Positions 9,129-18,155 of a DNA stretch of 64,000 bases are shown one piece after another. The notes under the pieces are model-generated. The model made no database searches. It was not told the origin of the DNA and saw only the letters and a list, made by a program, of their open reading frames with translations. How positions within the stretch are numbered: position 1 is the stretch's first letter; each line of letters opens with the position of its first letter. A program made the position numbers and the translations under genes. Location: NCBI GenBank assembly GCA_963842085.1, contig CAWJET010000002.1, positions 1,216,001 through 1,280,000 of the forward strand, in the 5' to 3' direction. This DNA is from an uncultured delta proteobacterium. GTDB lineage: Bacteria > Desulfobacterota > Binatia > Binatales > Binataceae.

Positions 9129-10112
9129 TCAATTCTGCGCGAACGGCAAATCAACCACGGTCGCGGCGCCGTCCTCGCCGACTTTCAGCTCCATCCCGGG
9201 CGTCCATGCGCTGTGATGCAAAATCGCAAGCCCGATCGCGCCCCGGCGCGGCGAGCGCACCGCGCTCGTCACACGGCCGACTTCCTTGCCGGCCAGAGTA
9301 AGCACCGCGCCGACGTACGGCGCGTCCGCAGTACTGAACTTAAGTCCGAACATCCGTCTTTTCAAACCGCCGCGCGCGGTCGCCCGCTCGATCGTCTCCT
9401 GCCCCAGGTAGCATCCCTTGTTGAACGAGATCGCGCCATTGAGGCGCGCCTCGAGCGCGATCGTCTTGTCAGCGGTATCGACGCCGACGAGGGCGACGCC
9501 GTTTTCGACGCGAATGGTTTCGAGCACTGAAGGATCGACGCGGCTTGAACCCGGGGTCTTCGCCAGAATTGAGGCGATCGTTGCGTCGATCGAATCGCGC
9601 GAAGCGATCACTGATGCGGCCGGTCCGCCGTAACGAGGCAGGTTGCCGACGAGCGAGCCCCCGGCCTCGACGCAGCTCCACGGGGCAAGCGAACTGACGC
9701 CTGTCGCGTCCAGCGCGGCGGGTCCCTCGACATCGAGCACGGCGAGGTCAGCGGCATCTTCGAATTCGACATCGTCGGCGACCAGCAATCGCTCGAGATG
9801 CGCGCGCGTGCGCGTCCATGCGTTGGCGTCGATGTCGAGGATGAGCGCGCCGGCGGTCACCCAGATGAAGGCGTCGGCAATCACGTGCGCGTGCTCGGTC
9901 AGAAACAGCGCGGGCAGGATGGCGCCGGGGCGCGCGCCCTTTACGTCGGCGGTACACATCCCGTGGAAGAACGAGGCGCGATCGTCGCCGATCACGCGCA
10001 CAACGATTCGAGCCTCGAGGACGACGACGCCCGCGGCGTGCATGACCGCATCGTAGCCGGAGGAATCGAGCGCGAGCGCGGCCGGACGCTCGGATGTTTC
10101 GAGATGCGCCAC
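9129..10112 (-). CDS. ygfZ: folate-binding protein YgfZ (GcvT-like)
   Basis: Signature KGCYLGQE; GcvT-like N- and C-terminal parts. Confidence 0.9.
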   Translation of the reverse strand: MAHLETSERPAALALDSSGYDAVMHAAGVVVLEARIVVRVIGDDRASFFHGMCTADVKGARPGAILPALFLTEHAHVIADAFIWVTAGALILDIDANAWTRTRAHLERLLVADDVEFEDAADLAVLDVEGPAALDATGVSSLAPWSCVEAGGSLVGNLPRYGGPAASVIASRDSIDATIASILAKTPGSSRVDPSVLETIRVENGVALVGVDTADKTIALEARLNGAISFNKGCYLGQETIERATARGGLKRRMFGLKFSTADAPYVGAVLTLAGKEVGRVTSAVRSPRRGAIGLAILHHSAWTPGMELKVGEDGAATVVDLPFAQN

Positions 10113-10282
10113 AACGGGATCAGGATACTAGAAAGTGGCGGCGTTGCGTACTCTGTTCCTCACTTCGGCTGCAGCAAGTTGAGTGATCGGTCTACAAACA
10201 AAATGCAGGCCCTGTAGACTTATAGTTAGGCGGCGGCATAGACCGCCAGGTGAAGCGCTGATAGTGTCTGCACCGCGAACAG

Positions 10283-11284
10283 ATGCTTGCCAGGTTGACA
10301 AGACTTGGGATCGCTTGCGACGCGCCGCCCGCGCAATTGCGGTCAGCCCGCGAGCATTTCGAGCAGCATAACTATCTGCGGTTGCCGGGCTTCGTCGAAT
10401 CTCGCCTGCTCCGGTTGATTCAGCGTCACCTGCGCAGCGCCGGGTTCGAGGAAAGAACCCATAGCGTCGGACGCGAGCTCACGCTTTCGGACAGACCGCT
10501 GGCCAATGTCTTTCACGTCCTGATGAACGATCCAAAGCTGTTCCGTCTGATTCGGCAGGTCACCGGATGCGGGCGCATCGGATGCTTCACGGGCCGGCTC
10601 TACCAGATGGTCGCGCGCCAGGGACAGGACTTCCACTGGCACAATGATCTGCTGGACGATCGGAAGGTCGCGATCTCGGTCAACTTGAGTGACGCGCCGT
10701 ATCGTGGCGGTACTCTGCAGATTCGCGACACCTCCAGCCGCGCGCGCGAGGTAGTTCCGAACCTTGGTTTCGGCGACGCGATCATTTTCCGCGTTGCCGG
10801 GCATCTCGTGCACCGCGTCACTCCGGTCACGGGAAAGTTTCCGAAGACCGCTCTTACCGGATGGTTCCGCGCCCGACCCAGGCACACGTCAGTGCATCAG
10901 GATTTGATCGCCCGGTCCGAAGCTGCGATCGCCAGCCAAGCCATCCGCCGGCAGCGGAGTCTCGCGATGCCCTCGCGGGACGACGTCGCGAAGATCCCAC
11001 CTGATGTCGTATCGCAAAGCTCGGGGCGCGAGACCTTCGTGGCCAGCATCGGCAGGTCGATGTGCTATGGCTTGAATGAGACCGGCGTTCGGATTTGGCA
11101 GCTTATGGCCCAGGGCCACGCTATGCGCTCGATCTCGGCCGCCCTCGCGCGCGAATACGAAGCCCCACGCCGGGAAGTCGAACGCGACGTTTTGGCACTG
11201 GCCTATCAGCTCGCGCAGCGGGACCTGGTCAAGGTAGTTCGCGCCACCAACTCGCGACGCGTCCGCGAAGCCGTCATGGCGTAG
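10283..11284 (+). CDS. 2OG-Fe(II) oxygenase fused to C-terminal PqqD/RiPP-recognition element
   Basis: WHND...YRGGTL...GDAIIF...HRVTPV; C-terminal YGLNETGVRIWQLM...LAREYE...VERDVLAL...L is PqqD-like. Confidence 0.8.
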   Translation: MLARLTRLGIACDAPPAQLRSAREHFEQHNYLRLPGFVESRLLRLIQRHLRSAGFEERTHSVGRELTLSDRPLANVFHVLMNDPKLFRLIRQVTGCGRIGCFTGRLYQMVARQGQDFHWHNDLLDDRKVAISVNLSDAPYRGGTLQIRDTSSRAREVVPNLGFGDAIIFRVAGHLVHRVTPVTGKFPKTALTGWFRARPRHTSVHQDLIARSEAAIASQAIRRQRSLAMPSRDDVAKIPPDVVSQSSGRETFVASIGRSMCYGLNETGVRIWQLMAQGHAMRSISAALAREYEAPRREVERDVLALAYQLAQRDLVKVVRATNSRRVREAVMA

Positions 11285-11326
11285 GTCGCCACGGATCGTA
11301 GCTTCCGAAACTCCAGATTTGGCCCT

Positions 11327-12244
11327 CTAAGTCTCGCCATCGACGCGGCCGTGCGTGAGATATCCCGAGCCCATCGTCCCGAATTTGCGCTCGCGCGCGC
11401 GGCGCAACTCCGCCGGTTTCAGCTTGACCAACCGCTTGAGATGCCGCGCCAGCACCGCGCCGATCAGATGCGCCGCTTCGGCCGGCGCGGTGTGCGCTCC
11501 GCCTGCAGGCTCGGGCACGATCTCGTCGATCAGTCCCAGCTCGAGCAAGTCGGGCGCAGACAGTTTCAGCGCCGATGCCGCCGCGGCAACGTTCTCCTCG
11601 CCGCCCGCGCGCCACAAAATCGCCGCGCATCCTTCCGGCGTGATCACCGAGTAGCACGCGTTCTCCTGCATCAGCACCACGTTCGCAACTCCCAGCGCGA
11701 GCGCGCCGCCCGAGCCGCCCTCGCCGATCACGCACGTGACGATCGGCACCGTCAGCCGCGCCATCAGCTCCAGGTTGCGCGCGATCGCCTCGATCTGCCC
11801 GCGCTCCTCCGCGCCGACGCCCGACTCTGCCCCCTGCGTGTCGATCAGCGTGATTATCGGCAACCTGAACCGCTCCGCCAGTTCGTAAAGCCGCGTCGCC
11901 TTGCGATAGCCCTCGGGCAGCGGCTTGCCGAAGTTGCGCTTGATTCTCTCGGTGGTCGAGCGGCCGCGCTGATGCCCGACCACGGCCACCGCGCGGGGTC
12001 CGAAATAGGCGAGCCCCGCCACGATCGCGCCGTCGTCGGCGAAGCACCGGTCGCCATGGATCTCAATAAAGTCGCGCATCAGCAGGTCGATGTAGTCGAG
12101 CGTCTGCGGCCGATTGGGATGCCGTGCAAGGCGCACGCGTTCGATCGCGCTGCGCGGCTCCGGCCCCGGCGCCTCGACGGTCGCGATTTCGTTGCCGCGA
12201 TTTTTCGCGCCGCGCGCCTTATGTCCGTTCGAATTGTCTTTCAA
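11327..12244 (-). CDS. accA: acetyl-CoA carboxylase carboxyltransferase alpha subunit
   Basis: LARHPNRP, HGDR, GHQRG, NFG..PEGYRKA, GAEERGQ, GEGGSGGALAL. Confidence 0.92.
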   Translation of the reverse strand: MKDNSNGHKARGAKNRGNEIATVEAPGPEPRSAIERVRLARHPNRPQTLDYIDLLMRDFIEIHGDRCFADDGAIVAGLAYFGPRAVAVVGHQRGRSTTERIKRNFGKPLPEGYRKATRLYELAERFRLPIITLIDTQGAESGVGAEERGQIEAIARNLELMARLTVPIVTCVIGEGGSGGALALGVANVVLMQENACYSVITPEGCAAILWRAGGEENVAAAASALKLSAPDLLELGLIDEIVPEPAGGAHTAPAEAAHLIGAVLARHLKRLVKLKPAELRRARERKFGTMGSGYLTHGRVDGET

Positions 12245-13221
12245 TCTGATCCGCGCCCACTGGTTGCAAAAAATTTCTCGAACAACGCAAAAGCATCCTG
12301 AGCGCCGCGCTCCGGGTCAAGCCACACGATCTCGGGCTCGCGGCGAAACCACGTCAGCTGACGCTTGGCCAGCCGCCGCGATTCCTGCTTGGCTTGCGCA
12401 ATCGCCTCGTCCAGCGCGACCTCGCCGCGCAGATACGCCGCCATCTGCTTGTATCCGATCGTACTAAGCGGCGGCTTCTCCGGCGAGTATCCAGCCTCCA
12501 CCAGCGCGCGCACCTCCGCGACCAGCCCGGCCGCGACCATCTGGTCGAAGCGCCGGTCGATCGCTTCGTAGAGCTTTTTCCGCTCGACCTCGACGCCCAC
12601 CGTCAGAGTGTGATAGCCGGCGTCAGCGAACCGATGCCGCCGCTGATGCGCCGAGATTGTTTCGCCGGTCAACTCGAAGACTTCCAACGCCCGCGCGATT
12701 CGGTACAGATCGTTGACGCCGATTCGGTTCGCCGCCTCGGGATCGATCTCGCGCAATCGCTGATGCAGCTGCGGGACGCCCTGCTCCGCCGCGATTTTCG
12801 CCAGTCGAGCGCGAATTTCCGCCGATGCGGCCGGGCCGCGAAAGATCCCGCCGCGGATCACGCGCAGATAAAGTCCGCTACCGCCGACCACCAGCGGATT
12901 TCGCCTCCGTGCCGCGATTCCTTCGATCGCCGCACGCGCAAGCTCGGCGAACTCCGCCACGTCGAGCGGCCGGTCAGGATCGCGCACGTCTATAAGATGA
13001 TGCGGCACGCGCCGGCGGTCCTCGGCGGACGGTTTCGCCGTGCCGAGATCCATCCCGCGATAAAACTGCCGCGAGTCGGCGTTGATTATCTCGCAGTTCA
13101 AGCGCTCCGCCACCGCCATGGCGAGCGCGGACTTGCCCGCCCCCGTCGGCCCGACTATGAAACCGACCGCGATCATAGCCGGTCGTACCGCCTCGCTTGT
13201 CTGCGCCGGCGAAAAACTCAT
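12241..13221 (-). CDS. miaA: tRNA dimethylallyltransferase
   Basis: GPTGAGKS, DSRQFYRGMDLGTAKP, GGSGLY, AKRQLTWF; coupled to mutL. Confidence 0.97.
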   Translation of the reverse strand: MSFSPAQTSEAVRPAMIAVGFIVGPTGAGKSALAMAVAERLNCEIINADSRQFYRGMDLGTAKPSAEDRRRVPHHLIDVRDPDRPLDVAEFAELARAAIEGIAARRRNPLVVGGSGLYLRVIRGGIFRGPAASAEIRARLAKIAAEQGVPQLHQRLREIDPEAANRIGVNDLYRIARALEVFELTGETISAHQRRHRFADAGYHTLTVGVEVERKKLYEAIDRRFDQMVAAGLVAEVRALVEAGYSPEKPPLSTIGYKQMAAYLRGEVALDEAIAQAKQESRRLAKRQLTWFRREPEIVWLDPERGAQDAFALFEKFFATSGRGSD

Positions 13222-15056
13222 CGACGAAACATTCGTTCGATTTGCCCGCGTCCGAACTGAATATGCACCGGGCGTCCGTGCGGGCAGTTGGTCTTGAACT
13301 CGGTGCGATCAAGTTCCGCGAGCAGCGAATGGATTTCCGCCGAATCGAGCACGCGCCCGACGCGAACCGAGCCGTGACACGCGAGCTGCTTCAGCCAGTT
13401 CTCGAATGCGGCCTCCCCGCCGCCGCGAAAGCCGGTCTCGCCCATGCTCTCGATCATATCGCCGAGCAGCTTCGCGCCACCCTCCGGCCCGAACACCGCC
13501 GGCGCGCCCTTGAGCAGCAGGGTAGTCGGCCCGAACGGCTCGACGTCGAAGCCCATCGCGCGTATTTCAGTGAGAGCGGCATGTACCATGGTGGAGCGTG
13601 CGGGGTTCAGCTCGACGGGCACCGGCGCGAGCATCGCCTGAGTGCGAATCCCGCCGTCGCGGAGTTCGCGGCGCAGCTTTTCGAACGTAACGCGCTCGTG
13701 CGCCGCGTGCTGATCGATCAGGAGCAAGCCCTCCTCGGTCTCGAGCGCGATATAGCCGGCGAAGATTTGCCCGATCACGCGGAGCTGCGAGTACATCGGG
13801 ATTGGCGCCGGCGGATGCGCGGCCGTCGCGGCGCCGCCGGGGCGCGCGTCGCGATCGTAGGCGAGGGTCAGCGAGCGTTGAAACGCGGCGGGACCGGGCG
13901 CATCGGGCACGAGCCGCAGTGGAGCGTCGCCGCGCGCAGTCGGAGCCGATTGGCCGGCGCGAGCATCCTCGGCACTCGGCGACATCGTGATTAGTCCCAT
14001 CGCGGTGTCATCGGCGGACTGAGTCGGGGACTCGGCAAGACTTGCAGCGGGCGTGTTTTCGGTCTGGTCCGCCAGCCGATCGCGAATCGCATGATAGACC
14101 GCGTCAAAAACCGCGCCGCCGTTGCGAAACCGCACTTCGGTCTTCATCGGATGCACGTTCACATCAACATCTTCGGGGCGCATATCGACGAACAGCAACG
14201 CCGCCGGATGGCGTCCGCGCGGGATCAGCGTCTGGTAGGCCTGCTCGATCGCGCGAATCAGCATCCGGTCGCGCACCGAGCGGCCGTTGACGAACGTGAA
14301 GATCATCCTGCCGGTGGCGAACGACTCCTGGCTGGATGCGGCCAGACCTTGTGCGCGAATGCCGGGACGATCGAGGTCAAACGCGAGCATTTTAGTCGCG
14401 ATTTTGGGACCGAACACCTGGCGGAATCGTTCGAGCACGGAGTTGGCGCGCGGCAAATCGAAGACGGTGCGGCCGTCGGCAGTCAGGCGGAAAGCGATGT
14501 GATGATTTGCGAGCGCGACGCGCTGGAACGCCTCGGCGATTGCACCCTGCTCGGTCGCCAGCGTTTTCAGGAACTTGAGCCGCGCCGGAGTGTTGAAGAA
14601 CAGTTGCCGGACCTCGATTCGCGTGCCCGCTGCCATCGCGCACGTGCGGGTATCCTCGATATTGGCGGCCTCGGCTGCGACCTCGACGCCGTGTTCGTCG
14701 GCGGCGCGGCGCGTTTGCATCCGAAGATGCGACACGCTCGCAATCGAAGCGAGCGCCTCGCCGCGAAACCCGAGCGTACGAATCGCGCTCAGGTCGGCGG
14801 CGCTTCGAATCTTCGAGGTTGCATGACGCCGGAGCGAAAGGATCGCGTCGGCGCGCGTCATGCCGCAGCCGTCGTCGGCGACCGCGATCAGCGCCGACCC
14901 GCCGCCCAGAATTTCCACGCTGACCGAGCGCGCACCCGCGTCGAGCGAGTTCTCGACCAGCTCCTTGACGGCAGAGGCGGGTCGCTCGACGACTTCGCCC
15001 GCCGCGATCTGGCTGGCGACTTGCTCGGGCAGGATGTGGACTATGTGTTCGGACAT
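13218..15056 (-). CDS. mutL: DNA mismatch repair endonuclease MutL
   Basis: IAAGEVVERP, GFRGEAL, DVNVHPMK, DQHAAHER, CPHGRP. Confidence 0.98.
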   Translation of the reverse strand: MSEHIVHILPEQVASQIAAGEVVERPASAVKELVENSLDAGARSVSVEILGGGSALIAVADDGCGMTRADAILSLRRHATSKIRSAADLSAIRTLGFRGEALASIASVSHLRMQTRRAADEHGVEVAAEAANIEDTRTCAMAAGTRIEVRQLFFNTPARLKFLKTLATEQGAIAEAFQRVALANHHIAFRLTADGRTVFDLPRANSVLERFRQVFGPKIATKMLAFDLDRPGIRAQGLAASSQESFATGRMIFTFVNGRSVRDRMLIRAIEQAYQTLIPRGRHPAALLFVDMRPEDVDVNVHPMKTEVRFRNGGAVFDAVYHAIRDRLADQTENTPAASLAESPTQSADDTAMGLITMSPSAEDARAGQSAPTARGDAPLRLVPDAPGPAAFQRSLTLAYDRDARPGGAATAAHPPAPIPMYSQLRVIGQIFAGYIALETEEGLLLIDQHAAHERVTFEKLRRELRDGGIRTQAMLAPVPVELNPARSTMVHAALTEIRAMGFDVEPFGPTTLLLKGAPAVFGPEGGAKLLGDMIESMGETGFRGGGEAAFENWLKQLACHGSVRVGRVLDSAEIHSLLAELDRTEFKTNCPHGRPVHIQFGRGQIERMFRR

Positions 15057-15216
15057 AATCAACTAGACAGTGTAGCTTTTGGACTGGTTAGCTGGATACA
15101 CAAGCAACTCGCCGCGGGCCGTGTCAAAAACCGGGGGCTTGCTGTTGCACGGGTTGAAGATTGCGGCGGGTTTTGAAAAGCTCTCGGCGCGGCGCGCTGG
15201 CCGCAACCATCAAGCG

Positions 15217-16452
15217 ATGAGAAAAATGACGGTAATGCTGCTCGGCGCGGCAATCATTGTGGCCGCGGCCGCGGCGGGTGCGTGCGCGGCGCCGATCAAA
15301 ATTGGAGTCGGCGTGATCGGACCGATCTCGGCGCAAACCGAGGCCGATATCGACGAAGTCGTCGGCAAGCTGCCGAACGTGAAGGCAGTGCCGATTCAGC
15401 CCCCCGGCGGGGTCGATGCGTGCGTCAGGCGATTTGTCGCGGGCGATCCGGACGATCGGCTTGATGCGGTGATGGTCGTGAGCCTACCGCCCGAATCGTT
15501 TCAATCGCAGCGCGACTCGAACGAGGCCAAGTTTACCGGCGCCTACGAGATCTGGACGCTGAATCTCTCGACGCTGACCGAGGACCGGCATCGCTTCACC
15601 TTCACCGACAGCGAGCCGGTGATAGGCGGTGCGTCGGCGTTCCTCGCGCTGCCGGCGCAGGTGTTCGCCGAGCGCGCGACCGGCAAGAAACTAATCTCGA
15701 GCGACCAATGGCAGGCGTTCGAGGCGGTGCAGACGCGGGTCGAGGCCAAGCTGGTCGCGGCGACCAAGCTCTACCTGGCGACCGCGCCGATCCGCGATAC
15801 CGCGCCGCTCGTTCCGCTCGACACGGCGAAAGCCCTGCTCGATCGCGGCGACGGCGAGGACGCGATGGCGGTGTTCAAGTCGGCGGGGCTCAACAATCCC
15901 GAAGTTCAGCGGATGATCGCGAACGCGCAGGGCCAGTTGCGGCGCAGTGCGGCGAATGCGCTGCTGGGACGCACGCTCGGAGCGATGGCGGGCGGGAACG
16001 CGGGCGAGGCGCGCATAATCCTGGCCGACTACGAGAAGGCGCCGTCGGCCGAGAGCTCGCGCGCGAATTCGATTCGGCGGGTGCTGGCGTACGTGCCCGA
16101 CCGTCACACCGAATCGACCTATGACGGCGTGATCAAGAACGACGTGCCAATGCTCGATCACGCGGCGTTCGTTGCGATGATCAAGCAGCTCTTCAGCGAG
16201 CAGACCGGCACTATCCCCAACGAAGTGATCGTTGCCGCCAAGGACCTGACGGTCGAGGACAAGGACGCGCCGCAGGGGCTCAAGATACAGCTCGACAGCT
16301 ATGCGGGCGCGCTCGGGCGCAGCGCGTGGCTGATGAGCCTCAAGTGCGGATGCGACGCGGGCGCGGTGCTGACGGGAGAAGCGGCGGGCGAGGCGCTGCT
16401 GAAGGCGAAGTATTCACCCTCTTTCAAGCGGCCGCAGGTCGGGCTACCCTAG
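15217..16452 (+). CDS. hypothetical exported protein
   Basis: Long ORF with core-like codon usage; signal-peptide-like MRKMTVMLLGAAIIVAAAAAGACA. Confidence 0.75.
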   Translation: MRKMTVMLLGAAIIVAAAAAGACAAPIKIGVGVIGPISAQTEADIDEVVGKLPNVKAVPIQPPGGVDACVRRFVAGDPDDRLDAVMVVSLPPESFQSQRDSNEAKFTGAYEIWTLNLSTLTEDRHRFTFTDSEPVIGGASAFLALPAQVFAERATGKKLISSDQWQAFEAVQTRVEAKLVAATKLYLATAPIRDTAPLVPLDTAKALLDRGDGEDAMAVFKSAGLNNPEVQRMIANAQGQLRRSAANALLGRTLGAMAGGNAGEARIILADYEKAPSAESSRANSIRRVLAYVPDRHTESTYDGVIKNDVPMLDHAAFVAMIKQLFSEQTGTIPNEVIVAAKDLTVEDKDAPQGLKIQLDSYAGALGRSAWLMSLKCGCDAGAVLTGEAAGEALLKAKYSPSFKRPQVGLP

Positions 16453-16482
16453 CATGATCATCCAGGTTCAAACGGAAGACTC

Positions 16483-16671
16483 ATGAGACATTGCGCCTAT
16501 TGCAAGAAGCAGCCGTCAGTCGGCAACAACGTCAGTCACGCCAACAACAAAACCAAGCGGCGCTGGAATCCCAACCTGCAGGAAGTGCGCGCGGAGATAA
16601 ACGGCAACGTGCGGCGAATCCTGGTCTGCACGCGATGCATTCGCGCGGGCAAGGTCAGGAAGAGCGCCTGA
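16483..16671 (+). CDS. rpmB: 50S ribosomal protein L28
   Basis: CAYC...[20 protein letters not shown]...CTRC. Confidence 0.97.
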   Translation: MRHCAYCKKQPSVGNNVSHANNKTKRRWNPNLQEVRAEINGNVRRILVCTRCIRAGKVRKSA

Positions 16672-16689
16672 CAGGACGCCCCCGATTTC

Positions 16690-17040
16690 TCACAACAACG
16701 CTTCGAGCTTTTCCGGCGGACGCGCGATGATCGCACGCTTGCCGCGAATAACGATCGGGCGCTGCATCAGCTCGGGATGCACGAGCAGGAGCGCGACCAC
16801 CGCCTTCTTGTCGGCGTAGTCGGCGGGATTCAAGCCGAGTTCCTTGAAGCGCTTGTCTTTGCGGACCAGGTCGGCGACGGGGGCGTCGAGCAGGGCGACG
16901 ATTTTCTCCAGTCGCTCGCGAGTCGGATGGTCTTTGAGATATTCGATGATGTCGAACTCGACATCGCGCGCGCGAAGCATTTCGAGCGCGCCGCGCGAGT
17001 TCCCTCATCCGGGATTGTGATACAGCGTTATGCGTTCCAT
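16690..17040 (-). CDS. arsC: ArsC/Spx-family reductase, probable selenoprotein (UGA codon 12)
   Basis: MERITLYHNPG-TGA-GNSRGALEML... is in frame with the 96-aa ORF ending HPELMQRPIV...IARP; TGA at 17005-17007 occupies the HNPxC catalytic position. Confidence 0.85.
16954..17002 (-). promoter_or_regulatory. candidate bacterial SECIS hairpin
   Basis: Starts 2 nt after the UGA: GAACTCG...CGAGTTC outer stem, GCGCG/CGCGC middle stem, CGAA-ATGC-TTCG apical stem-loop. Confidence 0.55.
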
Positions 17041-17166
17041 CGTTTCCTCGATAAAGCATTAGCTCCGATGCCGGACTGTATCGACTCTGCCACGTGCGGG
17101 CTTTGATGGGAATGCCTTGAGCGGCTACAATGCAGCCGGCGCGAAGCCTATTGCCATGGAGTCGTC

Positions 17167-17769
17167 GTGAAGAACATTTCCAATCGCAAGTGGGGCCGCA
17201 ATTTCAGTTTAGCGGCGGCAGCTCTATCAGTGGCAGTCGCCGCGGGCCTGGCGGCCGGGGCGCGAATTGCCGGCGCGGCAAACGTCAGTGGCACTATGAC
17301 GTACCGCAACGGCAAGCCGGCGGAGCGCCGCCAGCTCCATTACGAGAACCGCGTCACCAGCGATATCTACGTCGCGCCGACCAAGCCCGACGGCTCGTTC
17401 ACGGCGGACCTGCCGCCGGGGCTGTACGATCTTCGCGCCGAACGCGGTGTCATTCTCGCCAGCAAGATTCGCGTTGACAACGAAGACGTGAACATCGGGC
17501 ATATCGTCGAGCCGGCACCGCTGGATGTGCGCCGCCCGTTCGAGCATGAAGGAGTGGCGGAGGCGCTCGTCGAGAGCCCGGCGCCCGCAACCGCGAACGT
17601 CGTGTCAGGACGTCCACTCGAGGCAATGAAATACGGGCACGAGGCGGTTGCTCCGTTCGGCGCTCCGGTCGGGACGCCGGCACCGGAGAATACCCCGCTT
17701 GGCGAGGCTACGCCGGTGGCGGCAGCATCGCCGTCGGCGATGGAATCGCCACTTTCCGGCGGATACTGA
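17167..17769 (+). CDS. exported protein with carboxypeptidase-regulatory-like beta-sandwich
   Basis: Signal peptide, then VSGT...TKPDGSF..DLPPGLYDLRA; Pro/Ala-rich tail. Confidence 0.75.
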   Translation: MKNISNRKWGRNFSLAAAALSVAVAAGLAAGARIAGAANVSGTMTYRNGKPAERRQLHYENRVTSDIYVAPTKPDGSFTADLPPGLYDLRAERGVILASKIRVDNEDVNIGHIVEPAPLDVRRPFEHEGVAEALVESPAPATANVVSGRPLEAMKYGHEAVAPFGAPVGTPAPENTPLGEATPVAAASPSAMESPLSGGY

Positions 17770-18155
17770 GAGGTCCGGAGCTTTGGCTCGGACTCGTTTG
17801 TGAGGAACGGGACCCGAATCTGTGCCCATCCCGATTACGCTTGCGGCCCTTATGTTGATTTCCCCAGTCCTTCGCATCGCCGCTGCTTTTGGATTTCTTG
17901 GTAGGCAGAACCAGCCAGAGCCGCGGGAATGCGGACATGCCTTCCGGCAGTTAGCGCCGAATTGAGATCCGAGCGCGAACGGCCGCGCGCTACGTCGGTG
18001 GCAATGTTGAACCTGCTCGAGGTGTCCGGCATCGCGATGCAGCTGACAAACTCGCTCAATCGATTAAGGCGTGGAGTGTCGTGGCGCAAGCCTCGAATGC
18101 AGCAGGCAAAAGTGAATCAAAGACCCGACGCCACTAACTTGCCACCGGGATACCT

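Noticed and set aside
1446-15176. Long antisense or alternate-frame ORFs (e.g. 1446-2600, 4407-5336, 11351-12301, 14091-15176)
   Set aside because: Shadows of well-supported genes in GC-rich DNA; Arg/Pro-rich with no motifs.
17770-18155. Intergenic stretch at the island edge as an RNA gene or att site
   Set aside because: No tRNA/tmRNA ends or repeat partner found; its ORFs are unconvincing.
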